Under the pieces are notes generated by a model. It had not been told where the DNA came from. It saw only the letters and a program-made list of their open reading frames with translations, and searched no databases. The position numbers were made by a program, and so were the translations under genes. A stretch of 64,000 bases of DNA. Origin: Phoronis australis. Taxonomy: Eukaryota > Animalia > Phoronida. Within the stretch, counting starts at the first letter, position 1; each line of letters starts with the position of its first letter. The DNA lies in NCBI GenBank assembly GCA_002633005.1, contig NMRA01000271.1, forward strand, positions 141,588 to 205,587, written 5' to 3'. This document shows positions 1 through 12,119 of this stretch, one piece after another.

Positions 1-27
1 TCTAATGTCTTCAGCACTCAAAATCAC
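1..27 (-). other. Exact duplicate of the 5' edge of the WTAP exon (1240-1266) abutting an N gap
   Basis: Bases 1-27 equal 1240-1266, with N at 28; likely a contig overlap or haplotype duplicate. Confidence 0.7.
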
Positions 28-1136
28 NTCGTCAAACTCAGGAGGATTCCCACCATTTTCAGCAACTGGAAAAAGGTTTTGTGTCATTAACGTAAGAATC
101 AAGTAACGAAAGCACTCTGCCCAAGCGACACTTGGCAAAAACTGACGAAGGGGGAATAACAAGGGGGACAGAGACACCATAAACAACAACAACCTCTAAG
201 ACCACAACATAAATAATGTTAACACCACCAACAATGCCCCCATTAGCACCAACTACAATATCGCCTCATTTGACAATGCCTCCTCAAACACTCGTGAACC
301 TAGAATAATCTCAAATCCATAAACATTGATGATGTTAAGCATGCCTGCCAAAGTACCACTGACCGAATCTTAGTGATCAGTAGATCACGAACATATCTAT
401 TAACCAATTCAGAAAAACCCTCGAAGGACCGCAAAAGCAAATAAAAAAGAAAAATGAATGTCAATACATAGTCTAGTGTTCGATTTCTACCAAAGGACAG
501 CATTCGTCGAACTAATGAGGAGTTACGTGTTGTGTGCAAATTGCTCGTTAATTGGTCGTGCAAATAACAGGCAGGGTATAGAACTCATCCTGTTCTAGAG
601 ATCCGAGATGCATGACCGCGCCAAAGCCTATGAAAAGTACTTTTCTATTGACATTTATAGCACCTGACAAGATGTATTCACACATGAAAGTTCAGACATA
701 TTTAACAAAGGATACCAGAGCTACGGCACTGTTAAAGAGCAGTCACCAGAAAATAATGAACACCTTGACAGCAGCAGGTGGTAGAAAGAAACGGACGCCA
801 GATTTCAGATAGATCTTGATGAGATTTATCTACATCCACATTTTAGAAGAATACTTTGAGGAACCGCAGAGCGAAAATTAAAAAAATGCCCGTCACTTTT
901 GGTCCAGTTTTGCCAATACCTCCCTCCCACCCCCCAAGATGTTAAAAAGATACATGAGAATTTCATGTCCATAGGATAAAAAATACAACCTGTAACGTGC
1001 GTACAGACAAACAAAAAACAGAGCAACATACTTGCAGAAATTTCATTTTGCCAAATAACAAACGTACAACTGAAGCCTCAACTGAGGCGCAACTGACACT
1101 GACCGTAACGTACTGAATAAATCTGACTCGACTGAC

Positions 1137-1527
1137 CTGTATCGCTGGTAGATGCTGATTTTGATTTCTGGTTCTCAAGATGGCTTATGAATGCTTCCTG
1201 GTCTTTCCATTTCTGGATAAGCTCTTCCCTTGGTATGTTTCTAATGTCTTCAGCACTCAAAATCACCTAGAAACAAAATATGAAAATGACATAAAATAAT
1301 CCCGGATCCATCAATCCGTTTACGATTGTACTTCAGTTATGTCAACATTCCACAACAGGTTCAGTTTAAGATTTTCACTTTCTTCCTTAGTAATTATAAC
1401 ATTTTAAGAATTTAAATTTGCATAAAATTTTTAATTTGTGTACAAGCGATACAAACAAACATTCACTATGCGAAAAACACAAAAAACCTACTCTTTTTGG
1501 ATTTGGCTGCACCGGGTCTTCTGTCAT
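1137..1527 (-). CDS. WTAP: WTAP / female-lethal(2)d, m6A methyltransferase complex subunit; first two coding exons (1492-1527, 1137-1266), gene continues beyond the left edge
   Basis: Spliced peptide MTEDPVQPNPKR|VILSAEDIRNIPREELIQKWKDQEAFISHLENQKSK resembles the vertebrate WTAP N-terminus (MTNEEPLPKK|VRLSETDFKVMARDELILRWKQYEAYV). Canonical sites: acceptor ttttcag before 1534, donor gtaggt at 1491, acceptor ttctag before 1266, donor gtcagt at 1136. Position next to SOD2 matches the vertebrate arrangement. Confidence 0.9.
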
Positions 1528-1719
1528 CTTGAAGCTGAAAAAAAACTTTAAGCTCGAATCAAAAAAATTCAGACATACAGTTTGACAGTCACGATTCAGA
1601 TGAAATTCACCATTTTGCAAGACCTCACGTCCATTGGAAGCGATGACTGTTTATTGTTTACAATCAGACTTCAAAACAATAGTCACTCGATACTGGTATT
1701 TTCTGAATCCACTCTTTAC

Positions 1720-1932
1720 CAGAGTTTGGAATGACCAATGACAAAAAAGAAGACAACTTTCCAGGTGACAGGAGATAGGCTTGTGTGAAATAAATGTTTT
1801 TGCATGAATAAAGTCAAAATACTGATAAAAAAGAAACAAAAAAGGAAACCAAAAATCACATAAGAGGAAATTGAAGCCAAAATTAGCAAAAAAAGAGGAA
1901 ATCCTCTTAAAAGTGGAAAATTCCAAACCCTG
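1720..1932 (-). mobile_element. MITE family B copy (hAT-like CAGGG termini)
   Basis: Terminal inverted repeats cagagtttggaat/attccaaaccctg; similar in reverse orientation to 7466-7720 and 60633-60870. Confidence 0.75.
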
Positions 1933-2957
1933 TCTTTAGTTCGATTCCATAAATGCAATAATACACTGATTGTTTATTTCTTGCCTCTGCATGGATCACT
2001 GACCCTAATACTGACGACAAGACTACAGTGAGACGGGTCAAGTGATGTCTCACTACAGTACTGTATGCAACTCATGGCCTAAAATGCAGCACGAAATGTT
2101 ATTGAGACAATCAGTACCTTTGACACACTTTTGGATTTAGTATAAGGTGTGGATTCAGAAATTACTACTAACTAGTGCCCACAAGTTTGGAGTCCGATTT
2201 TGAACAATAACACAGCTTTTACCCACAACTAGTAAAACTAACTGGCTGGCTGTCATCTAGGCAATGACCATCGCCTCTGTTGGCCCGAACCAGAGGCGAT
2301 GCTCTGTACGCAGGAAGCTTTTTGGTGAATGATGCCTCGCACCGACTAAACCATCAAAGTCACGTTGTTATAAATACCTTTTGCGCATAGAGGAACACCT
2401 TAGGAGGTTGTCGATGTGTTTAATTCCTTCCAACTCGAACAAATACTCCCGTTATAAAACTTTTTCTTCGAGCAGTCCCTATTTCAGTTCCCAAAATCGT
2501 GAAATCAACTTTTTCATTTTTTTAACCAGGCCGAAGGTCAGAAGTTGCAGACCTACCGGCGAACTTTGAAAGCTGAAGTTCCCGCCCTTCGCGTACATGC
2601 TGCCGGGAACCAGCCGTGCATTGGCCGTGTTGTTAAACATTAAAATGTCAAATATGTGCACAAAGACTATTAAATGTCATATCAACATCATTTATTTTTA
2701 TCAAATACAAACAATGATTCATTGAAATACAATCAGTTTCAAGTAACGCCAATTGAAGACAAGTATAAGTGGTGGCATTTTGGAAACGAACATTTGACTG
2801 ACACGACCGCAATGGCTCACCTTTGGCCTATTTAAAGATTGAGGTCATGAATTCACATCACCTAGCGAGCGTGCGCAGTATAAAAATGGTGAGTTCACGA
2901 TTTTGGGAACTGAAATAGGGACTTCTCGAAGAAAAAGTTTCATAACGGGAGTATTTG

Positions 2958-5191
2958 CAAGGCTCGACGCTATTCAAATCGCCAGGTCGCATTTTGCGAC
3001 CTAGCCAAAATCCCAGGTCGCATTTTCAAAATCCAGCTCGCATTCATAAATGCCAGGTCGCAAAAATTTCCCGCCATTTTTACGCTCCACTAAAATTGAT
3101 TTTTTGGATCACCGAGAAAATGTTTAGATTATGCTCTTACCTGCAGCGTTAAATACTGAAAATTTTCATATCGCAAAACTGAGTTCCTTCATGCAGGTAC
3201 GGTATTACTGTTCTTCACGACCGCCATTGAAAGGCCCTAAAGCGCAAGGCAAGTTGCCGACGTGAAAGTTGAATCAGTGCTCCCTAACTGACACGTGCAT
3301 TCGAGTAGCTACGTTTGCGATGTGAAAAGGGAGAAAATGCCCGTTGAAAAAATATCCGTGATTTTGCTAGGTCTGACCTGCTACTGGCTGTCATCAAAGT
3401 CGTTAAAGATCCAAACTAACTCGGAGTGCAAACTCCCTCCACTTTTTGTTCGTAACCCAAATTTTGAAACTTAACTCGACGTTTGAAAAACATCTGACAA
3501 AAAACGTGAAACGATGCCCTAACCGAATGACGTATTTGGATGCGCGGGAACAATTCAGTGCAAATTTCATAACAAAAATGTGGTACTTATGCTGTTTACG
3601 TACTCAACAATTCGTTTTCTATGAAATGAATAGCCTCGAAATAATTCCCGACTGCGTGAGGGATTCAAATTCGAGTTTGCTCCTCAATACCTTCCAAGCA
3701 CGGGAAAAATAGGTCAGTCACGAAACGACACGCATGTCACTAGTGTTTCTTTCGCAGTTATGAAACAAAGCCGGGATTTGGTTTATAGATATTGAGAAAA
3801 GATGTTTTTGAACACTGAATTTGTTGTGTAAAATGAGAGTGACACGCTATATAGGCTGCGTGTCAATTTTAAACCACGCGCGGTCGTTTGTATAGTGCGC
3901 TATGATGGGCGCTAGCCTGAACCGTGGGCGCTTAATGGGAAATTCTCAAAGGTTGAAGGGGAACGCTTAGCAAATCAGTGACCACTTATTACAAAACACT
4001 TCAAAGGTAGAGAGTAGGCTTGTGCGTGAGCATTGTCGTTAACCTGAGTGTTAGCGTTAATAAGATATTAAACGACTGCAATTGTAAGAAACGATATAAT
4101 AATAGGATTTTGCGAGACAAACTCCATCGAGTATAAGGTTGACTTTCTGGATATCGTTACCATCTACACTATACCCTTTTTAGCCACCGGGAATAATTTT
4201 GTTTTTAATTGCCCGCTTCAGTCGGAACAAGATTGTTTCTATTGGAGTCTGAACATTTTACGGCGACGGTGGTCCGGGGAGCGAAAACTTGCCAGGGGGG
4301 TGTATGAAGAGAAGAATAAAAAATCGCTGACCTCAATTTCACATCTAGTACCCGTTTAGTTGCAACAGCTGGCTATGGGCATAGAGTATAGGGCTTAGGG
4401 AACATCAACCTCGGGAAACATGGTCACAGGAAATATCAGTTCTGGGTTATATCGGTCCAGGGGAATATCGTAAAGTATCGGATCTATTTATAACCGCCGG
4501 GAACCTATGAGTTCATTTTCAAATAAACCATTGGCACGTACCCGGGTGCTTAACAGAGCCAAGCTGGTATACTCTTTCACTTAGGACTGTAGCTGTTCTC
4601 TTTTGATTTGCAGCTTTGAAGTGCTGCGCACGCGTGAGTCCCCCACTTGAATCGCAGGAGCAGGCCTCCACTTTACATGCGCGCACCCAGCCTAAAATTT
4701 TGGGGGGCTCGAATTCTTCCACATGCGGACCTGTTACTGAAAAAAATTCAACGAGGTCAAAAAAACGGGGCCACTAGGTTCAGGCCTGCCAATCGTGCAT
4801 CCGCGCCGAATTCCTGTGGACTTTGTGGATTTTTGTCTCGTTTACCCGCGGAACTTTTTGTTTCACTGAGGTGAACCTTTTTGCACAATTCGCCAAATTG
4901 GGGGGGGCTCGTTTGAGCCCCCCAATCCCCCCTGGGTGCGCCCATTATTTACGCTGGCAGCAACGTGTGAAAGTCAAATCATATTTCGCGCACGTAGCCC
5001 CAGAAATAAGTAAATGGGTTAAATAATTTCTTGGTAACTGAAAGTAAAAACGTGGCAGTCGTTTGGCGATTAATAGGGTTGTCATTTTCACTTTGGCTGC
5101 CATATGCAATAAAAAACGAGACGCACATCTCTAAGTCACGATTGTCTGCCGGTACCGCTTGCGCGCTAACAACGGGACCGATCAGTGCCGC
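2958..5191. mobile_element. Nested insertion with hAT-like left end; right end lost in an assembly gap
   Basis: Begins caaggctcgac exactly inside the family A right TIR, followed by about four ccaggtcgcattt subterminal repeats (about 2982-3062); ends at N 5192. Confidence 0.55.
4676..4945 (+). mobile_element. MITE family C copy
   Basis: TIR catgcgcgcacccag / ctgggtgcgcccat; homologous copies at 45656-45880 (+) and 49515-49735 (-). Confidence 0.75.
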
Positions 5192-5779
5192 NTCATAACG
5201 GGAGTATTTGTTCGAGTTGGAAGGAATTAAACACATCGACAACCTCCTAAGGTGTTCCTCTATGCGCAAAAGGTATTTATAACAACGTGACTTTGATGGT
5301 TTAGTCGGTGCGAGGCATAATTCGCCGAAAAGCTTCCAGCGTACAGGGCGCCTATAGCCTCTGCATCGGGCCAACAGAGGCGATGGTCATTGCCTAGCTG
5401 TCATCCAGCACTGCAATGATTCAGATAACATTTTCTTCTGTAAAACAAATCCCAGTCTTTGAGTTTCTACAAAACAACATGAGTCTTACATCACGAAACA
5501 ATACAATAACAATTTGACGAAAAACACTACAATTACGAGCAAATCTACGTTTTGTGTTTGGCAAAAACAGCATTCGAAAATCAAAATGGTGGTCGTGAAG
5601 GTAAACCCAGTAATCAATCTCACACAAAATGCATCTGGCATAGAACAGGAATGTACCGTTAACACATTACTCCAGTACCTAGAGGGTCTCTAATCTTCTA
5701 GTTAAATAATGCAATACATATAATTCAAGAATTGTCTACATTACAAAGATATTTTCTAAATATGAAACACTAATTTTTC

Positions 5780-6059
5780 CGAGCCGCGCAAACAACGGAG
5801 GCCGCCATGTGCAATTTTGCAAAGCCTGCCGGGAAATTTCTTATTTAAATGACATTTTTGTTATTAGAACACTTGAATTTGAGTTTTTGAAAGCTATTTT
5901 ATTATTGGTGATGCAAGTTTTAACAATAAAGTGTACCTTGATGCTTAATAGTATTTATTCCATATTTTCATAATCTCGAAAAAGAACGAGACACTCAAGT
6001 CGCAGACAGAACACCGTTGTTTACGTTCATATTTGAGCCCGGTGCACTAAGCTTTAATA
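5780..6059. promoter_or_regulatory. Candidate shared (bidirectional) SOD2/WTAP promoter region
   Basis: Lies directly upstream of the SOD2 ATG. It has a YY1-like gccgccatgt (5801-5810, oriented toward WTAP) and a kB-like gggaaatttc (5831-5840). Everything from 2258-5396 is transposon, so the WTAP non-coding first exon should lie right of 5405. Confidence 0.4.
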
Positions 6060-9000
6060 ATGTTGGCAGCTTTTGCAAGGTATAAGGGGTTCAAAATCTA
6101 CAGGTTATATTCATTGTGACTGAAAGAGCAACCACGTTGTTTCTAGAACGTGCCATCCTTTTTCTGTCCAGTAGTAACCGCTCGTGGACGGAGCCGAGTC
6201 CTGTCGGATGCAAGACGACCGCCGTCTGCACTGGGCTGACTGGGGCATGGCCATGGGCCAGCGCTGCTGGCACGGACGGTAGCCATTCCACGGGGCCGCC
6301 ATACCCTGGAAGCTTATGTCAAATTGTGCCTCACACTGACTAAACCATCAAATTCGTGTTGCTTTTAGTACCTGCTTTTGACTCCTTGCCCTTGGCCTTA
6401 GCCTTAGGCTTAGCATTGGTACAAAGCTGTATACAACAGTCTTCATACAGCTAGCTGGCTGGCTACCGTAGCCTAGGCTAGCAGCTTAGTCTGGTCATTG
6501 TCGTTGATGTGTTTATGTAACACTTCCCAATCCCAACTTTAACAAATACTCTGGCAATTAACACTTTTCATTCTGTCTTTTAAAGTTGAAAACTGCATGG
6601 CATTTTAGATAATGTGCTTGAGGTCAAACAAAAATGTACAGAACTTCTGGTTATCAGGTTATTGGGAGGGCACCTGTAATATGGCTATTCTAACGCATTA
6701 CCTGTTGGTAGACTCGTGGGCGGAAGGGTGGTCTCCAAAACAACTTTAGGGTAGCGCGAACATTTTCCATTCAAGTTAGACTATTTTGTTTGACACCCCT
6801 TGCGTCATTTTAGAACCTACTGTGGATACTTCGCACTGCTTCGGGTGTGACTGTAGATCAACATCCAGATACTATCAGCTCTTGCAGATTCTTCATATAT
6901 GACCATCAATAGAGTTTTTAGTGCAGAGGGCAACATTCTCTTTTGGTGTGTTACCCTTCATTTAAAAAATTTGTTTCTTCCACTGAATGCCTGTGATTGC
7001 CTAGTTCACATGAAAAGCAAGACCATTACAAGAGCATGTTTATTTCAGCTTTCTTGCAATAGCCATTTTGGTTGGACAGATTTTCAGTGTGACCTACAAT
7101 TCTTGTATGAAGGGGTTAAAGATTTAAAATCTAGTATTCTTCTATAAATACATACAAAAGATACTTTCTTTTCACATAGCAGCCATAGTGAATAACGATG
7201 ACTGTGTCTTTGCAGGCGTTTGCCAAAACTAACTCCAGCCTTCTCCACTTCTACAAAAAAACTGGTGCACACATTGCCGGCTCTGGACTACAAGTATGAT
7301 GCCCTGGAGCCTGTTATCAACCGTGAGATCATGGAGATACACCACACAAAACATCATCAGACGTACGTCAACAACCTGAACACGGTGGAGGCTGCATTTG
7401 CAGAAGCCACTAGCAAAGGTAGAACATTTTTGTGTGTTCTGTCGGTCAGGAGGCATGATGAGATTCAAGGCTTGGAATTTTCCTCTTTTAAGAGGCTTTC
7501 CTCTTTTTCGGTTTAAATTTCCTTTCATTTGATTTCTAGTTTCCTTTTTTTAGTTTTTTTATCATTATTTTGACTTAAAAAAATTCATGCAAAAACATGT
7601 ATTTCAGTTAAATTTTACACCACAAAAAATATTTCTATCACACAAGCCTATATATTTACTTGTGGAACGATACATCACATGGAAATTTTCATCTTTTTGT
7701 CATTGGTCATTGCAAGCCCTTGAGATTGTTTGCGTTGTTCTGTCATCAGTGTGATATTTTAAGAGCTCCTTCCTTTTGCCAAGAAAAGACATTTGATTCG
7801 CATGATTGTTAAACTGGTTTCTGGGCTTCGGCAGAACTGACTGAACAGTCATTTTGAGGCATAAAATGGCATGCAGGGTGTCGACTAAAAATAAACCATA
7901 ATAGTTCTTTCCTGACCTAAAAATCCTGTCAGATCAGAATAAGGAACAATTTGAGATTAATACGCTGTCATTGAATTTGTTTGTAAAAAGTTTTTGTTTG
8001 ACAAAAGGTGGTTTCATGCTATTTCAAATTGATTTTCACTGAATGATGCAGTAGCCGATGAGTCACAATCTGTTGCGTTAGCTTCGTAATTACTTGCATT
8101 GGCAGTTCAGCCGTTTTCGTCAGGAATGCACTATTTTCTTGCATTCAGCTTTTAACTAGTGCGAGGGCGAGGACGGTATTATTGTCCCTCTCATCTTATG
8201 AAAAAATCTCAGTTGTTGCAATATGATTTGATCGTCGTTATCACCGTCTCATAATAATTTTTTTCCTCTAATTGTGGATGATAAGTTATTGTGTCAACTT
8301 CTTGGTCGTAGAATGAATAGAGTTTATATTTTATGCGTAGAAATTTTTATTTTCATTTTGCAAGAAATTTTTATATTTTACCTAAGGTTTAACTCTGGCA
8401 TGCATGACTGCAGCCATTCACTACAATGGCACACTTTGAAGCACTATGGCTAAAACAGCCGCAGAAATACAGGGTAACTCTTCACTTATTTTGCACAAAA
8501 CGATTGCTAAAATTGTCATTTTTGTGTTTTTCAAAGACTGCTTTCCTTGTTACTATAATGGTAGCTCGTGTTGTTTTGGAAATAAAGTTGACAGTAGACC
8601 AAAATTTCCTTCATTGCTACATATGAGTGTGTTGTATTGTGCACTTACAACTTCTATGAAAAGTACGTAATTTGTTTTTTCATTTTCAGGTGACATTGAG
8701 AAAGCGATTTCTCTTGACATGGCGCTGAGGTTCAATGGAGGGGGTCACATCAACCACATGATATTCTGGAAAAATCTGTCGCCCAGTGGTGGAGGAGAAC
8801 CAACAGGTGAAATGCTGCCTTGGGGAATTGTTTAAGAAGGCAGATGGGGCGTCTGACCATCATTGATGGCTTGGTTATATTTTTTTAAGTGTCAGGAGGC
8901 ACTTAATGCTTTTGACACACTTAATATAAGAGATATTATTTCGAATTTTGAGATCTTGATTAATTTATAAATTCTAAGATTTTTTTAATTAAAAGTTGGA

Positions 9001-10835
9001 ATTATGTTTTTGCAGGACTTCCAAGTCGGAATACTGCATTGAAAACTATGTATATCTTCCCGCTGCATTGACATCTGTGTAAGCGCAGTTGCGGTCAGGA
9101 ATTTTGCCGTTAGAGGTGGAATTAGGGAGGTTTTCGGGAACTCCATTAAATGAAAGATTAATTAAAGTATACCAAAATTTAATGGAAGACCATATGCATT
9201 CCATTTTCTTTTCACCAGATAATAATAATAGTTCAAGAACGGGGTTTCCAAGTGAATGCTATCTTCTAGACTTGTTTTTAAATTTTATGGAAGATGTTAC
9301 GAGGTTTTTGATTAAAGCACTAGATTGCGTCAGGAATTCCCTATATTGTGTGTAACTGTTTGGGTGTTTATTGGTATTCAGGTGACTAGGGATGTGTTGC
9401 ATGTAGAGTTTATTTGTTTTTGTATTGTATTGTATTGTATTGTATTGTATTGTATTGTAGTCTGCGATGCATCCATGTCACTATAATAAATACAGGTGAA
9501 AATGTCCAAGATCGGTGGATTGCCAATTTCTTAATACAGAATTATACATATAGCCCTGTTTTAATCAAGGTAATTTTCCGTCATCCTTCCAATTTGCACT
9601 TATAATTTTGTAGGAGATTTGAGGGACCAAATCATCGATGACTACGGTTCTTTTGACAAACTGAAGACGGAGCTGTGTAACCGCACCATTGCCATTCAAG
9701 GCTCTGGATGGGGCTGGCTAGGCTATAACCCTGTCACAGGTCGACTTCGTATCGCCACATGTGCCAATCAGGATCCCCTTTTACCAACCACAGGTTAGTG
9801 TGGTCTATGACTGTAGTCGATGTATTTTATCATCATTATCATTTATCGTTTATTATGATCTATTATTATTATTATTATTATTGATATTTATTGTTATTGT
9901 TGTTGTTGTTGTTGTTGTTTCCCTTAAACTGTGTTTTAGCACTAAGCACTTCACAAAAATTTCTAATTATAAAAGTGCCTGGTTACTTAAAGCTGCGCTT
10001 TATTTTGATTTATTAACCAAAGGGGCGAAACCAACTGTACAGCTGATCAGCAATGACTCGAGGAAATAGCCAGTGTAGTATAGACCTATTTCCGAATTTA
10101 GGGTTGGTCAACGCCAATAAAATCATCGATATTCTGACAAGTCTCTCGTCTTGTTGAGGATTTGTATGTCAGAAAACTACTCCTGTCATGATAAATGAAA
10201 TTTTGAAATCGATTTTCTTTGAGACTGAACGGTCTGATTTGATTGGGCTTTGTGTTTTTTGTCCAGTGTAACAGGGAGAAATGAAGCTTTAAGAGGCCTA
10301 TTTTAGCTTGAATTACTGTTTACATGTAACCGATTTACCATGCGTGTGAAAGTTGCCCAACAGTGTGATTCTAGCACATTGTCTTTGCATTTCCTTTCAT
10401 TAAGGCTCATCAACTTAACTTAATATAGAGTTAATATACTCCAGTTGATAATAGCCAGAACAGCAGGGAAACACGATGTTCAAGTTAGTGTGATTTGCAT
10501 TTTTAAAAAATATAACATCAAAAAGTTTGGCTTACTGAGTTGAACTTAGTGCTGTTAAAATACTAGGCTTGCTTATTATTTGAATTTCTGTCACTACATT
10601 GTTTGTGTGCTAGTATTTTAAAAAGTTGAGCTTGGCTTCATTCAGTTTTGTTAAGTTATCTTCATGTAATAATTTCTTTTCAGGTCTTGTACCATTATTG
10701 GGCATTGATGTGTGGGAACACGCCTACTACCTACAGTACAAAAATGTCCGACCCGATTACGTGAAGGAGATCTGGAATGTGATCAACTGGGATGACGTGT
10801 CAGAGAGACTGGCGAACGCCAAGTTGACAAGTTAG
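6060..10835 (+). CDS. SOD2: Mitochondrial manganese superoxide dismutase, 223 aa; exons 6060-6079, 7216-7418, 8690-8806, 9614-9793, 10684-10835
   Basis: Motifs [54 protein letters not shown] and [21 protein letters not shown]-terminal transit peptide MLAAFARRLPKL. All introns are GT-AG and in phase; internal exons of 203/117/180 nt match the human SOD2 layout as recalled. Confidence 0.97.
6309..6551 (+). mobile_element. Degenerate family A TIR fragment in SOD2 intron 1
   Basis: gaagctt...tgcctcacactgactaaaccatcaaa...caaatactc resembles 2315-2450; other fragments at 55346-55468 and 58617-58751. Confidence 0.6.
7466..7720 (+). mobile_element. MITE family B copy in SOD2 intron 2
   Basis: TIRs caaggcttggaat / attgcaagccct; direct repeat tgagatt at 7459-7465 and 7721-7727. 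Confidence 0.8.
9060..9460 (+). mobile_element. 3' fragment of a non-LTR retrotransposon (LINE) followed by a (TTGTA)n microsatellite
   Basis: [26 protein letters not shown] resembles the LINE ORF2 C-terminal LRxGxLPLxxExGR motif; (ttgta)n at about 9417-9458. Confidence 0.6.
9860..9920. repeat. (TTA)n/(TTG)n compound microsatellite
   Basis: Directly visible. Confidence 0.85.
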
Positions 10836-11148
10836 TGCTGCAGCCAACATGTGCAAGCGGAACTTGGGTGGTGTCGCTAGTGAATCATGGAGAGTAAGGG
10901 AGATATTATTCGACGAGTGTTCAAGCATGTAATGCATGACCTGTATTGTATTATTGCCAGTATGTTTGAAGAAATAGAATGATTTTTGTATGGTTCTTGG
11001 GTGCGATTTAAATGTGTCATGAAGTGGATTGTTTGATAAAGCTCGTGACAATGCTGGTCACAAATAATGATAATTCAAAATTTCCAACAGTCAAGAGTTT
11101 AGTTCAGTGGTGCCCTCTATGTTCTTGTGGACGTGCTTATGCAATTTA

Positions 11149-11154
11149 AATAAA
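11149..11154 (+). terminator. Candidate SOD2 polyadenylation signal AATAAA
   Basis: AATAAA about 315 nt after the stop codon. Confidence 0.55.
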
Positions 11155-11381
11155 TCAATCAAAAAAAACATTTTAGTTAATAATATATTGAACAATTCAT
11201 AAATATATTCTGAAACATGTTTTAACAATTAAAATGATAGCAAACAGGTCATAAATTAACAACAATAAGAATTGTAACACATAGTCTGTCTCTAATACAG
11301 TACATCTGGCAGTGTTGCTATACGAAATCTTCAGATCTAAAACGGACGGAAATCACATACAAACAGAAAAAGTGCTGAAAA

Positions 11382-11387
11382 TTTATT
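11382..11387 (-). terminator. Candidate NPHP4 polyadenylation signal AATAAA (minus strand)
   Basis: tttatt on the plus strand, followed on the minus strand by T/GT-rich sequence. Confidence 0.45.
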
Positions 11388-12119
11388 AACAAACAAAAAA
11401 GTTAGCGAAAATGGATAACTTAAATAAGACATTTGTTCTGAAATGTTCTTTGCTGCCTGTAAGAAATGATTGCTTCAAGATGCTGGATCAAAGTTTGGCA
11501 AAGTAGACGGTTAGAATTCAAATTAAACCAATTATTTGCATGTAATACTCTGAAATGAATCGCGATCCTTGGTCCAGGTACAAGCTGCAGGTCCTTAATT
11601 CTCTAACAATAATCGCAGCAATTTAATCAGTGCCCTTGGAAAAGTCGGAAACAGCAATCGAATGCCAATGACCTCAACCAGTATAATAGAAAGAAATCAA
11701 AAAAAAATTTGGGAAAATTTGCAAAATTCTAGGCTAATGAACACCAATCATAAATAGTAAGAAACAGGGATTCAGCAATTTTAACAAAACATTTACAAGA
11801 CTCACTGCATATGAATGTCCCTCGCGTACATTTTACGTTCTTTGTTCATGCCATCACAAAGCAATCCCAGCTGACACTACTCTTTGTTTCAACACGACTA
11901 TGTCAAGCAAGAGAGTATGCAACGTGATGTCCATTGGCTAGCACTTGAAGCAAAACAGTAACCTACCTTGCAGCAAAAAATTGTCTCTACACACCTTGTC
12001 ATGGGTTACCTTTATGGAAACAATAATTTACTAATAAACTATTAAGTTAAAAGTGCTATCCTATCTAGTCTATAGGTTCATCTATTCTACGGAGCATTGA
12101 GAAACCCTGATTTATGTAG

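Larger units (their letters stand above)
2258..5396. mobile_element. Long-TIR non-autonomous DNA transposon (family A, Mutator-like 9-bp TSD) interrupted by a nested insertion
   Basis: Left TIR about 2258-2520 is the inverted match of the right TIR, which is split into about 2890-2957 and 5211-5396. The direct repeat gctgtcatc flanks both ends (2249-2257, 5397-5405). Confidence 0.8.

Noticed and set aside
30-960. Possible degenerate LINE fragment (LSPLLF-like motif on the minus strand near 150-175)
   Set aside because: One short motif only; not supportable without a search.
3141-3230. WTAP exon 1 with uORF MAVVKNSNTVPA and donor gtaaga at 3140
   Set aside because: It lies inside the nested insertion bounded by the family A TSD, so it is unlikely to be the ancestral exon. 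Its ATGGCGGT...CCTGCATGA resemblance to about 45347-45382 may be chance.
4979-5374. 131-aa ORF sharing peptide with 2381-2569 and 58683-58895
   Set aside because: These are translations of transposon TIRs, and this one crosses an N gap.
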